NCBI RefSeq assembly: GCF_024166365.1
Contig: NC_064841.1
Coordinates: 46,503,680 to 46,567,679 of the forward strand
Direction: 5' to 3'
DNA: 64,000 bases
Source of the DNA: Elephas maximus
Lineage: Eukaryota
The first letter of the stretch is position 1. Each line of letters opens with the position of its first letter. The translations under genes were made by a program, and so were the position numbers. Below are positions 25,571 through 38,030 of the stretch, piece after piece. The notes beneath the pieces are model-generated. The model was given only the letters and a program-made list of their open reading frames with translations. It was not told the DNA's origin and did no database searches.

Positions 25571-27452
25571 GAATCTCTGAAACTTGCTCCTGAGCGTCGA
25601 GTAGCTAAAGCAAAAGGAACAATTGATGTAAAAGAACTGAACAGAAGATTTCAAAGGGCCTCTTGAGAAGACAAAGTGAAGTATTATAATGACATGTGCA
25701 AAGAGCTGGAGATGAAAACCAAAAGGGAAGAACACGCTTGGTGTTCTAAAGCTGAAAAAACTGAGGAAAAAATTCAAGCCTCGAGTTGCAATAGTGAAGG
25801 ATTCCACAGGGAAAATATTAAACGATGCAGGAAGCATCAAAAGAAGATGGAAAGAATACACAGAGTCATTATACCAAAAAGAATTGGTCGATACTCAACC
25901 ATTTCAAAAGGTGGCATATGATCAGGAATTGATGGTACTGAAGGAAGATGTCCAAGCTGCTCTGAAGGCATTGGCGAAAAACAAGGCTCCAGGAAGAGAT
26001 GGAATATCAACTGAGATGTTTCAGCAAACAGGTGCAGCACTGGAGGTGCTCACTCCTCTATGCCACAAAATATGGAAGACAGCTTCTTGGCCAATTGACT
26101 GAAAGAGATCCATATTTATGCCTATTCCCAAGAAAAGTGATCCAACCAAATGTGGAAATTATAGAACAATATCATTAATATCACACACAAGCAAAATTTT
26201 GCTGAAGATCATTCAAAAATGGCTGTAGCAGTATATCAATAGGGAACTGCCAGAAATTCAAGGCCAGTTTCAGAAGAGGATGTGAAACCAGGGATATCAT
26301 TGCTGATGTCAGATGGATCCTGGCTGAAAGCAGAGAATACTAGAAGGATGTTTACCTGTGTTTTATTGACTATGCAAAGGCATTCGACTGTGTGGATCAT
26401 AACAAACTATGGATAACACTGTGAAGAATGGGAGTTCCAGAACACTGAATTGTGCTCGTGAGGAACCTTTACATAGATCAAGAGGCAGTTGTTCAGACAG
26501 AACAAGGGGATACTGATTGGTTGAAAGTCCAGAAAGGTGTGCGTCAGGGTTGTATTCTTGCACCATACCTATTTAATCTGTACGCTGAACAAATAACATG
26601 AGAAGCTGGACTATATGAAGAACAGGGCATCAGAATTGGAGGAAGACGCATTAATAGCCTGAGTTATGCAGATGACACAACCTTGCTTGCTGAAAGGGAA
26701 GAGGACTTGAAACACTTACTGATGAGCATCAAAGACCACAGCCTACAGTATGGATTACATCTCAACATAAAGAAAACAAAAATCCTCACAACTAGACCAA
26801 TTAGCAACATCATGAGTAAACGGAGAAAAGATTGAAGTTGTCAAGGATTTCATTTTACTTGGATCTACAATCAGCACCCATGGAAGCAGCAGTCAAGAAA
26901 TCAAAAGACACATTGCATTGGGCAAATCTGCTGCAAAGGACCTCTTCAAAGTGTTGAAGAGCAAAGATATCACCCTGAAGACTAAGGTGTGCCTGACCCA
27001 AGCCATGGTATTTTCAATTGCATCCTATGCATGTGAAAGCTGGACAATGAATAAGGAAGACTGAAGAAGAGTTCATGCCTTTGAATCATGGTGTTGGCGA
27101 AGAATATTGAATATACCATGGACTGCCAAAAGAACGAACAAATCTGTCTTTGAAGAAGTGCGGCCAGAATGCTCCTTAGAGGCAAGGATGGCGAGATTGC
27201 GTCTTATATACTTTGGATATGTTGTCAGGAGGGATCAGTCCCTGGAGAAGGACTTCATGCTTGGCAGAGTACAGGGTCAGCGGAAAAGAGGAAGACCCTC
27301 AACGAGGTGGATTGACACAGTGGCTGCAACAATGAGCTCAAGCATAACAACAATTATAAGGATGGCGGCACGGGACCAGGCAGTGTTTTGTTCTGTTGCG
27401 TACAGGGTTGTTATGAGTCGGAACCGACTCAACAGCACCTAACAACAACAAA
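25571..27452 (+). mobile_element. RTE1/BovB-like LINE, 3' ~1.9 kb with reverse-transcriptase remnants
   Basis: ORFs at 25794-26102 (..KNKAPGRDGISTEMFQQTG..) and 27107-27442 are present. The RT ..SYADDTTLLAE.. lies at ~26650. It ends with the RTE tail ..GTACAGGGTTGTTATGAGTCGGAACCGACTCAACAGCACCTAACAACAACAA, which is shared with AfroSINE 3' ends. Confidence 0.8.
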
Positions 27453-27618
27453 CACCCATTCATGAGAAAAACTCTGAATTAAACTAAGATTTTCCTTTCT
27501 ATTCTTCTCAAGAAACCATTCAGCCTTTTTGTCAAAGTTTTATAATTTGAAAAACAGAAGGCAGGAGTTAGAACTTCTAACCGAGATAAAGAATTGCTAG
27601 GTACCTGTTAAGAATGTG

Positions 27619-27774
27619 TGGAGTCCTAGTGGCACAGTGGTTAAGAACTTTGGCTGCTAACCGAAAGGTTGGCAGTTTGAATCCACCAGCTGCTCCTTGG
27701 AAACCCTATGCAGCAGTTCTACTCTGTCCTAAAGGGTCACTATGTATTGGAACTGACTTGACAGCAATGGGGGT
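27619..27774 (+). mobile_element. AfroSINE
   Basis: It begins GGAGTCCTAGTGGCACAGTGGTTAAGAAC..GTTTGAATCCACCAGC and ends ..GGGTCACTATGTATTGGAACTGACTTGACAGCAATGGG. The TSD is ttaagaatgt. Confidence 0.8.
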
Positions 27775-28362
27775 TTTTGAGTTTTTAAGAATGTTTACAC
27801 AGCTGGCCCCAACGATGGTGACTTTGTGAAATAGAGGTTAAAAGATAGAACTGATACATTAAATGACATTAGAACCCATTGTTAAAAGGGTTAACCTTTA
27901 ACCACAGCGGGCCACAACCACAAAATGCCAACTTGTTTATCAGAATCTGCAAAGCTTAAAAAAATAAGAAACTACATCAAAGGGTAGAACAGTGTGCTCT
28001 AACCAGTTCAGTGGACTGTGGATGTGTATACCAAAACTAAGCAGCAATTTATCCAGGAATCGAGTTAAAAATCCGCCCAATATCACAAGTAGCCCACGTA
28101 ACAAAAAACAACAATCATATAACAGACCCAGGACCCCTGAGCCAAGAGACCAAATTGTTAAAGAAAAACACAAAAAAGTCACCCAATCATGATCTTAATT
28201 CTTTGTCTTTACTTTAACCAATCATATTCTGTAAGTAATTTACTCATTGATATGTGTTCTAATGATTGTAACGGGCATGTTGAAAGACCCTTACTCATAA
28301 AGAATCAGCACCTGTCAAAATTTATAAAAAGCACTTATAGACTGTACTTCTTTGGATTTTGC

Positions 28363-28392
<30 letters not shown>
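28363..28392. repeat. (TG)15 microsatellite
   Basis: Read directly from the sequence. It abuts the 5' LTR-like region of ERV-1. Confidence 0.95.
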
Positions 28393-28394
<2 letters not shown>

Positions 28395-29297
28395 TTATAG
28401 CCTGAGTGCAACCAATAAAACACCTTGCTGTAGAAGGCTCTCGTGAAGGTTGCTATTCTACACCACACTGACACAGAGTGAACAGAGTCTTCACCAGCGA
28501 ATTCCTCACTGGATGTCCAGAAGACCAGTACTGCTTGTTGTTACCACAGCCAATCCATGGTATCCCACTTCTTACACTCTGGTCCCCTTCAGAGATCCTC
28601 CAACTGAGGTAAGCGCTATCAAAGTACGAACTTTATTGCCTTTCTGTGTAACAGGAGACATTATTGGGACATATTTCTGTTAAACCGGTCTGGTAACTTT
28701 TGTTTGAAGCTTCATTTTGAGATTTTTGTTTGAGAACTCCATCTGGAGGTCTTTTGGTAAAACTGTAGTTCTTGATTTTATGGTTGTGTTTCTGTTTCTC
28801 TTTGTCTCCTGTTCTTTTGTTATCTAACAAAAGAAAATGGGAAATAATAACAAGAGTGATAAAAGCCCCCCATCCGGGACCCCTGCTGCCTACATGGTTC
28901 AAAACTTTGATGCCACTGCTGATTGTTTAGAAAAATGGCACAATCTCACTAAGGGCTGTGAGACTAAACAGTGGCCCCTATGGGGGCATTTTGATTTGGC
29001 TAAAATATTAGAGATGTGAACTAGAAAGTCAAGGGTCTCATGTAAAGCAACCACAGGGGGAAATTGTTTATAATTGGTATTCTGAGACATCTCCATAACA
29101 ACATCATGTCACATTTGCCCTCTACAGGAAGTAGTGTCTAAGCAAGCCAAACAAATTCAAAACATTGCAAAAAGCATTGGAAGGCAGTATAAAATTGGAC
29201 TCAGTCAAACAATTACCTTCCAATCTCAATCCAGACTTACAGAATTCAGCTTTATCTGAAATGTTACTTGCTAGGTCAAAAGATATTGGGCCCACCA

Positions 29298-29417
29298 TGT
29301 CCTAGGTAGCTAAACAAAGGACCAAAGGCAGGAACACTGAGGTCTCTTTCCACAAGGCTGAACTTCGGGCCAAACAAAGGACCAAAGGCAGGAACCCTGA
29401 GGTCTCTTTCCACAAGG
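29298..29417. repeat. Tandem duplication, 2 x 60 bp, inside ERV-1 gag
   Basis: caaacaaaggaccaaaggcaggaac(a/c)ctgaggtctctttccacaaggctgaacttc(g/a)ggc is repeated head to tail. Confidence 0.85.
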
Positions 29418-29796
29418 CTGAACTTCAGGCCATTATAAAAGAGTTTCCTGATTCAAGGGAAAATCCCCACAAATTTATTCATGAATTTAGGATGTTAACT
29501 GACACATATAGCCCAGTGCCGCTGATATCTATAATTTAATAAACATGTTGTTAGGTCCCAGCGATGCCCATCAGTTAATGGAAGCAGCAAAATGGGTAGA
29601 TCCTGAAAAAAAACTTTAAGTGTCCCTATAGGAGCCTCTATAACTACTGTTGTTCTAACAACTATTAGAACAGAAACCAATAAATTATTAGAACAATGTA
29701 CAGGCTGTTTTCTTTAAAATTTTCCCTCTAAAAATCAATTGGGCAAAATTACAAGCCTGCATTCAAAAAAAAAGATGAATCTATCTGTAATTATAC

Positions 29797-29958
29797 CCAA
29801 ACCAAACCCACTGCCGTTGAGTCGATTCCGACTCATAGCGACCCTACAGGACAGAGGAGAACTGCCCCACAGAGTTTCCAAGAAGCGCCTCGTGGATTCA
29901 AACCGCCGACCTTTTGGTTAGCACCCGAAGCTCTTACCCAGTATGCCACCAGGGTTCC
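29797..29958 (-). mobile_element. AfroSINE (first of an adjacent pair)
   Basis: Reverse-complement tail (CAAAC)n, then CCACTGCCGTTGAGTCGATTCCGACTCATAGCGACCCTA...GGGTTCC. Confidence 0.8.
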
Positions 29959-29969
29959 CTCTATAATTA

Positions 29970-30140
29970 CAGGGATACAAAAACCAAAAAAACCCACTGC
30001 CACTGAGTCGATTTCGACTCATAGCGACCCTATAGGACAGAGTAGAACTGCCCCATAGCGTTTCCAAGGAGTGGCTGGTGGATTCGAACTGCCAGTCTTT
30101 TGGTTAGCAGGCTGAGCTCTTAACCACTGTGCCACCAGGG
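29970..30140 (-). mobile_element. AfroSINE (second of the pair)
   Basis: Same structure as the first. The flanks ctataattacaggga / caattatagagacagg resemble the flanks of the first copy. Confidence 0.8.
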
Positions 30141-30321
30141 CTCCAATTATAGAGACAGGTTAACTAAAATGTTTATAGGACATTCAGAGTTAAAAATAAC
30201 CAATGAAGGGGCTAAGGTCACCTTTAATTCAACATTTGTAGGAGAACTGAATCTTGAATTAGCCCAAATGATATAAAGGCACAGTTAAATTGGGAAGCTA
30301 TTGATATTTTATTGATACTTC

Positions 30322-30472
30322 GGAAACCCTCGTGGGGTAGTGGTTAAGTGCTACAGCTGGTAACCAAAAGGTCGGCAGTTCGAATCCGCCAGGCTCTCTT
30401 TGGAAACTCTACAGGGCAGTTCTACTCTGTTCTATAGGGTCACTATGAGTTGGAATTGACTCCACGGCAGTG
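30322..30472 (+). mobile_element. AfroSINE
   Basis: GGAAACCCTCGTGGGGTAGTGGTTAAGTGC..GTTCGAATCCGCC..GGGTCACTATGAGTTGGAATTGACTCCACGGCAGTGGG. The TSD is ttttattgatacttc. Confidence 0.8.
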
Positions 30473-32073
30473 GGTTTTATTGATACTTCTGAATTAGCCA
30501 CTTTAGCCTATAAATTAAACCAAACAATGGAACAGCAAAACAAAGAGGCTCAGGAAAAAAGTAAACAAAAATTAATGGCTCTCCAATTACAGAAGTTACA
30601 GAAAGCTATGGGAGCAAAGCCAAACAAAGGAATTCTCCCACCAATATTGTTCCCTATGGTCTGTAACTACTGCTAGTAACCGGCAGTTTAAAACGGATTG
30701 TTTTAAACTTAAGAATAAGCAAAATGTGACTCCTTTAGAGCCACCTTTAGAAAAATCAATGCAAGGATACTCCAGGGAGTTTACAGAGGATTTGGCAGTA
30801 ATCCCCTTGTCCCAATGGGTAGAAACAACACTCCAAGTAAATGGGGAGCCTTTTACCTTCCTTGTGGGTGGGTGCAACACTGTTGCAATCACCCTACAAG
30901 TTTGCAAAGACCTCTTCCCCAGAATACCCAGACATCTCCTGCCTTAAGGGTTTCCAGTGAGGAAAAAAAATTAACGCATTCTTTACTCATACAAGTTTCT
31001 TCAGAGCCAATAAAAGACCTCTACCCAGTTTTACTAAGCTATAGCACTCCTGTAAATTTGTTAAGGTGTGACTTTCTTTCCAAATGGAAATGACATATTC
31101 AGTTTACAGACAGAGGAGATACATTACTGAATTTCTCTGACACTGAAAATGAAGACCCAGATGCCTGAGACAGAAGAAATCCTTTGTTTATTACAAGGTC
31201 TTCTGGTAACAGAGGACAAGGATACAATGCCCTTACAAAACGAAGACTCGAATTCTTAATCAAATACCATCACAATTATAGGCTTTCTCTTTTGACCGAT
31301 GTCAGCCATATTCTATTGGCTGAACTTCTTAAAGTCCAAATAGGCCTCACTAAGACCTTACCTAAAATAGCTCAAAACCCTTTAAAATCTGAAGGAATGG
31401 AAGGACTGAAACCTATCATCCAAGATTTTTTAGAAAAGAGATTAACCATTCCATGTACTAGCTTTTGTAATACCGCAGTATTGCTTGTCACAAAACCCAA
31501 TAACCGTGGTTGGCGATTTGTATAATACCTTAGAGGTATTAACCACACTGTTATCCCTCAAACCTCTGCTGATCCAAATGCACATTTGCCATTAGCCCAA
31601 ATTCCACCAGACACCATATGGTTTACAGATAGTGACGTCTGTAGCACTTTTTTAGTATTCCGGTTCATCTAGACAGCCAATTTTTGTTTGCTTTTATGTG
31701 GGATAATCAACAACATTCTTAGACTGTCATGCCCTCAAGGATTCACTGAAGGCCCAAACTACTTTTCCCAGATTTTACATGCTGACCTGTTGCCTTTACA
31801 GTTTGAGCATAAATTTGTATTACTCCAGTATGTTGATGATCTCTTAGTCTGTTCTAACACCAAGCAAGCAAACATACAAAAGTTAGTCTTCTATCATTAT
31901 ATCATCTGGCTGTTAGAGGGCATAAGGCAACAAAGGAAAAATTAGTTTGTCCTTCCACAAGTAAAATATCTTGGTCATTTAATCTCAGGAGAAGGAATGT
32001 CAGTTGACCCAAAACAAAAAGAAGCTATCTTTCCCTACCCTATACCTACAAATAAACAAGGGGATTTGGGGGA

Positions 32074-32572
32074 TTGTGTCTGTCTTAGTTATCTAGTTCT
32101 GCCGTAACAGAAATACCACAAGAGGATGGCTTTAGCAAATAGAAATTTATTTCCTCACAGTAAAGTAGGCTAGAAGTCCAAATTCAAGGCATCAGCTTCA
32201 GGGGAAGGCTTTCTCTCTCTGTCGGCTCTAGAAAAAGTTCTTTTCCTCCATATTCCCATGGTCAAAGACCTTCTCAGGTACGGGGACCCTGGGTCCAAAG
32301 GATGTGCTCTGCTCCTGGTGCTGCTTTCTTGGTGGTATGAGGTCCCCTTGTCTCTCTGCTCACTTCTTTGTATCTCAAGAGATTGCCTCAAGACACAATC
32401 CAATCTTGTAGACTGAGTCCTGCCTCACTAACACAACTGCAACCCGTCCTCCCTCATTAACATCACAGAGGCAGGATTTATAACATATAGAAAAATTACA
32501 CCATACCAGGAACAATGGCCCAGCCGAACTGATATACACATTTTTGGGGGAACATAATTCAATCTGGGACAG
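32074..32572 (-). mobile_element. Solo LTR, MaLR-like family (copy d), within ERV-1 pol
   Basis: Left end CTGTCTTAGTTATCTAGTTCTGCCGTAACAG.., right end ..TTCAATCTGGGACA. Confidence 0.55.
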
Positions 32573-33649
32573 CGTGGATACTGTAGAGCTTGGATTTCAA
32601 ATTTCTCCTTGTTGGCAGAACTTCTTAAGCATAATATTTCTGAACTTTCTGAGCTGTCTGTGGGAGCCGTGCAAGCCATAACCAAATTGAAGAATCTCTA
32701 ACTCACACTCCAGATCTTGGATTCCCTAATTACTCCTTAGATTTTTCTCTTTTCCTTTCTGAAAAATGAGGGAATGCCTTAGGAATCTTAATTTAAAGAC
32801 ATGGAGATAGACAGAGACCTGTAGGTTACTACAGTATACAATTAAATCCAGTAGCTAAAGCTTATCCTCCATGTCTTCAAGTGGTTACAGCCACTGCCAA
32901 ATTAGTAGAAACAACAACTGATACAGTATTGGGAAATAATCTAGATGTACAAGTTCTACATGCAGTTTCTGCCTTCTTAAATTCTACCCTAATCCAACAC
33001 TTTCCTGCTAGCTGATTAATTTCATATGAAGATCTTCTTCTAGTTGCCCCCAACCTTAGATTACACACCATAGGGGGCCTTACATCCAGCTACCCTCACG
33101 TCTGATCTCAATAATTACATTGACCATGAATGTTTTGATTTAACAGATCAACTTTTATCTCCTAGAACAAATCTCTAAAAAACTCTGCTCTCCAAACCTT
33201 CACTTGTACTGTTTGTAGAAAGCTCCTAAAACCTGAAGCTTCTAATTCTAGGTATCAAGGAAGGTATGCCATCACCACCACAGTACAGGTATTAGAAAGC
33301 GGACCCTTCCCTGAGGTAACCTCAGCCCAACAAGCCAAGCTTACAGCCTTAAAAAGAACATGTAAGTTGGCACAAGGCCAGTCGGTCAGTGTATACACAG
33401 ATTCTCATTACAGGTATGGAATAATTCCTGACTTTGGAATGTTATGGAAACAGGCAATTTTTAACTTCCTCAGAACAACCTGTAAAGAATGGTACTTTAG
33501 TGGCCAGTTTGTTGGAATAGCAGCAATAAAAATATAAGCTCATCAACCCAAATGAGGTTCCCAAAACAGAGGAAATAAAGGGAAATAGACTGGCTGACAA
33601 AACTGCTAAACTGGCTGCTCAGATCCCCATTTACGAATATTTAGTCTCA

Positions 33650-35090
33650 ACAACTGCGCAAAATAGGAACTCACCTCATTCTTCTGTGTGTAGTTTTATT
33701 TTTATTTTTTATCATACTTTAGATGTTTACAGAGCAAATTAGTTTCTTTAAGTAGTTAATACACATATTGTTTTGTGACATTGGTTGCCAACCCCTTGAC
33801 ATGTTGCCACTCTCCCACTCTCCCCTTCTCAACCTTGGGTTCCCCATTACCAGCTTTCCTGTCCCCTCTTGCCTTCCCCTCCTTGCCCCTGGGCTGGGTT
33901 TGCCCACTTAGTCTTGTTTTGTTTTGCATGCTTGTCTAATCGTTGGCTGAAGAGTGAACCTCAGGAGTGACTTCGGTACTGAGCTATGAAGTTATCTGGG
34001 GGCCATACTCTCCAGATTTCTCCAGTTTCTCTCTGACCAACAAGTCTAGTCTTCTTTTGTGAGTCAGAATTTTGTTCTACATTTTTCTCCAACTCTGTTG
34101 GGGACTGTAGCCACCCAAACCGGGCTAGGACCAGGTCTGGTCCAGGTCCCCACTCAGTGCAACGTGGATGAACAGAAATGGACACGGCTGTTAAGGCAAA
34201 GTGAAGTATATATTTAGTTGGCCAAGTAAAGGAGCATGCCAGGACTCTAGCCACCAAGGCAGCGCCCCAAAACTGGGTGGGGGTCATCATAGTAAGCAGA
34301 ATCAGGAAGTTATACATATTCATAATTTTTGCTGATTATTCATTGAGGGGCAGGGCTAGGAATTGGCATGGAAGCAACTGTCGGAACTTTTGCTTATGAA
34401 ATGTGCTTGGCTTCCACAGATGATGTAAGTCCAGTGGTTTTTTGTTCCTTGGCATGAGTCTTTTGGTTCCTTGATATGAAGTTTTCTGATTTATCTGCAC
34501 ATGTCTGGTGGTCTGGTGCTGGTTTTCCTCGGAACTTTTTTTTATGACTTTTAGTTGTGGAACTATCCTAAACAGTAGGGAAGAAGTTAGACATTGTCAT
34601 ACAATTTTGATCTGAAGCCCCAATATAAGCCTGCTTCTATGGTGAGGGCAGGAGTGCAGTTTAGCAACCACCTCAGGACCCTCTACTGTGATTCCTGTCA
34701 GAGCAGTCAGTGGTAGTAGCCAGGCACCATCTAGTTGTGCTGGACTCAGTCTAGTGGAGGCTATGGTACTTGTGGTCCATTAGTTCTTTGGCCTAATCTT
34801 TCCCTTGTGTCCTGGTTTTCATTCTCCCTTGCTCCAGATGGGGTGGGACCAGTACAGTATCTTAGATGACCGTTCACAAGCTTTTAAGACTCTAGATGCT
34901 ATTCATCAAAGTTGGATGTAGAACATTTATTCAACTCATTTTAAGGGGATTAGCACAGGCTTCCCAAAAATTCAAGATCAAAGAATTAGAGGTCTTCCCC
35001 CTCCTCTTGTTGACTCCCAATCACCATTCATAACTTACCCATGTTTTCAAACAACGTCAGCAGTTAGCTCCAGAAGAAGTACTTAGTTGG
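33650..35090. mobile_element. Unclassified ~1.4-kb non-coding insertion between ERV-1 RNase H and integrase
   Basis: Retroviral pol homology stops at ~33640 and resumes at ~35090. The inserted block has TG..CA ends (TGTGTGTAGTTTT...GTTTTCAAACA) and no recognisable ORF. Confidence 0.4.
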
Positions 35091-36707
35091 GTCTCAAGGG
35101 AGTATTATCTAGACAACCACTACCCAATTATGGATGGTGCCCAGAAACAGACCAAGGTCTCCAAATTACGTTATTATTAACTTGTCTATTTGAAATCAAA
35201 TCTATACAGGAGGAAGATCTAATTGCCTCTTTAGATCAAAGTTTCTGGGGAAATTTTAAGGCAGCAGCCTGTTATCTATATGAGGTAGGAAGTGGACTAG
35301 TGTCAGAATTCAGACTACTGCTAATGGCTGGAGGAACTGAACATATAACATTTTTTGGATGGGATCAATGTCAGATTTATCATAATGGACAATATATCCA
35401 GGGAAAGAGGTGGAAGAAATACAGCATAGCTTATCATTATATCGAAAAGCTACCCCTTCCTCAGAACAAGATCAATGGAAAGCTGAAGGATATAAGATAA
35501 ATCAGCAAACAGGATTGTGGATGGGACTAAATAATCAGTATGTATTCTCTAAGGATTTACAGATCACAGGTGATACTAGTTTTCATTTAAGAGATCATTT
35601 AGAATGGGATAAGACAGTACAAACAATGAGGAAATACCACTGGGGTCACTTCTGGAGGGCTGCAGATAAGTTACTCAGGCAATGTCCAACCTGTGCTGAA
35701 TTTAATGCAGTGAAAGCACTCAGACCCCCTGTTGACAAGTACCCTTTTCCCATCAGACCTATGTTCAATAGGCAAATGGATTTTATTCCGTTAACTCCCT
35801 CACAGGGATACAAATATATATTCATCATGATTTGTAGATATTCTCATTGGGTACAGGTTTTTCCTTGTAGCAATGCCACTGCCACTTTTGTAGCAAAGAA
35901 GCTTTTAGAAAACAGAATTTCTACTTGGGGTACTCCAGGAATTCTCTGTAGTGGTTGAGGAACTCATTTTACTGGGCAAGCAGTAACCGCTATGTGCAAA
36001 ATTTTTCGCATTCTACAGAGCTTGCACTGTTCACATCGTCCCTGATCCTCAGGACTGGTGAAAAGAACCAATGGTATTATAAGAACCAATTAGCTGAATT
36101 AACCTCTTCATTAGGGCTGTCTTTGCCTCAAGCTTTTCCCTGGTGGTAATAAATTTAAGATCAACTCCCTTTGGTCCTCACAAGCTAACCCCTTTTGAAA
36201 TTATAACTGGTCGCCCTATGGCTTTACCTTATGGGGTTAAAAATATTGAGTCAAATTTCCTTTCCACTAATCTGTTAAAATATTGACAAGTACTAGTTCA
36301 ATACGCAAAAGATCATGCTTACCAGCTGCAACATGCATATCAAACAAGCACACCTGCTTCCAATTCTTCAAATTATAAAGCTGAACCAGGAGATTATGTG
36401 TACTGGAAACATCACCAAATTAAGAATTCTCTCAGACCTTAATGAAAAGGACCTTGTTTAGCTAATGATTTTGCGACTAAATTACAGGGAATAAAATCAT
36501 GGATCTAGCTCTTCCAGCCTAAGAAACCCAAAGTTCCTTAACGGGTTATTGAATCAGTAGGAGGATGAAAACTGAAGTTTAAAATCTGCCTGCAAACCAC
36601 CAGCAACTGTCCTCCACCAAGGGCCGAACATTCCCTCCAACCTATACCAGAAAGTGAAGAAATGGAAAATCCCTGGCTGAATTAGTAAGACTTATACGAA
36701 CTTACAG

Positions 36708-36853
36708 AGCTCTGGTGGTGCAGTGGTTAAGAGCTACGCTGCTAAGCAAAGGTCAGCAGTTCGAATCCACCTTGGAAACCCTACAGGTCAGTTCTACTCT
36801 GTCTTATAAGGTCACTATGACCCAGAATCAACTCAACAGCAATGGGTTTTACT
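36708..36853 (+). mobile_element. AfroSINE with an internal deletion
   Basis: GAGCTCTGGTGGTGCAGTGGTTAAGAGCTACGCTGCTAAGCAAAGGTCAGCAGTTCGAATCCACC^TTGGAAACCC..CAACAGCAATGGG. Confidence 0.75.
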
Positions 36854-36859
36854 GACCAT

Positions 36860-38030
36860 ATTTTTTTTGTAACCATTGTATATTGAAAATAGGAATGTTA
36901 AATACTTTAGATTGAAATTTGTGATTTAGTCTAATCAAGGCAATGATCCTGACAGTTGCTGTATTTTATACATGTAGAAGGCTTTGGTGAAAGTTGCTAC
37001 TTTACAACACTGTAAATAACTTTATAGCCACGATAAGTATATACCAAGTCTTAGTTCCACATCCTGACTCTCAGATTAAATCTTCACTCACTGGGATATT
37101 TTCACTGTATTTCTGCTCTTTGTAAATTTGAAACAAGGTAGAGATTAACTTTGTTAAAATAAAGAGGTAGATCTCAGCTACAAAAGCCTTGACTGTTTGC
37201 AACACAAAGAGTGCAGAGATTTGAGCTTTAACTTATGTAAATTAACTTGCCATGTTAACTGCTTTCAGGGAATTCACCCAGTGAATTCCCAGACTCTAAC
37301 TCACTCCCCCTTAGCCAGATGGGCAATGTTTACATTTCAAAAGGCTTCAGATTTAGAGCTGATTTAATCTTCACTCTTCCCCAGCTAAATGGTCAGCTTT
37401 ACATTTCAAGGGCTCCAACTTGACTCAGTCTGCAATTCACCACTAAATCCTCATATCAAGAATGTTTATACATCTCATTTTAGAAATATTGCCTTAATCA
37501 AGCTGTATCAGGAATAAGAGGCTTGTGTTAGGCTAAAAATTAATGTTAAGAAAGTTTGTAGTTTGACAACCCCTTGTAAATCTCCCCTCCTTCCCCTGCA
37601 CTGCCTTTGATATAAAACCATTTGCCTTTGTTTACTCTGCCTGTTAAATACCCTGCAGTTACCCCTGCAAGGTAGAACATGTACTGCAGTCTGTTTGAAT
37701 GCCACGTGTTCCTCCATTTCATTAAATGAAATTATTCCTTCAGTAAATTCTTTAATTTCTATTGAAGTGTCACTCTAGTGACTTCACTAGGACATTTCTT
37801 GGCAATCACAAAGGGACCCAAAGGATTTTACCTCTGCAGCATCCAGGGTAGTGAGAAAATCGAAGCTTCTGGCACCAGCAAAGACCTCTTAGGCCTGTCT
37901 GCTTTTCACGGGATCCTGGGAGTTGTGGCAGGTAAACACCTTTTGGGTCCAAGCCCCACTTACTTTGCATACAGGCTCCCCAAACTTTTGTTGAAGGATT
38001 TGTCTTCCTCTTTTCTCTTTGTCTTTTAAA
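36860..38030 (+). repeat. LTR-like region between the two proviral bodies (probably ERV-1 3' LTR and/or ERV-2 5' LTR plus leader)
   Basis: 36933-37100 is homologous to the ERV-1 5' region at 28425-28520. It contains TATA-like GATATAAAACC (~37600) and ATTAAA/AATAAA-like signals (~37715). ERV-2 gag starts 400 bp downstream. The boundaries are uncertain. Confidence 0.4.

Larger units (their letters stand above)
28835..30700 (+). pseudogene. ERV-1 gag remnant
   Basis: MGNNNK.. start. CA-like region ..EFPDSRENPHKFIHEFRMLTDTYSP... It is disrupted by three AfroSINEs and a 60-bp tandem duplication. Confidence 0.6.
30900..36700 (+). pseudogene. ERV-1 pol remnant (RT, RNase H, integrase)
   Basis: Motifs are listed under the ERV-1 entry above. 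The ORF is interrupted by a solo LTR (32074-32572) and an unclassified ~1.4-kb insertion (33650-35090). Confidence 0.65.
28395..38030 (+). mobile_element. ERV-1: gammaretrovirus-like (class I) provirus remnant with LTR-like 5' region, gag, pro, pol, no env; heavily interrupted
   Basis: The 5' region has TATA-like TATAAAAAGC (28322) and CAATAAAACACC (28415). Gag starts at 28835 (MGNNNKSDK..), protease-like ..TFLVGGCNTVAI.. lies at ~30870, RT LLQYVDDLLVCS at ~31830, RNase H at ~33300-33640, IN zinc motif HWGH..CPTC at ~35650 and the IN C-terminus ..GDYVYWKHHQIKNSLRP at ~36400. A segment from ~36900 onward is homologous to 28425-28520 (gtagaaggct..gttgctat..). Confidence 0.75.
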
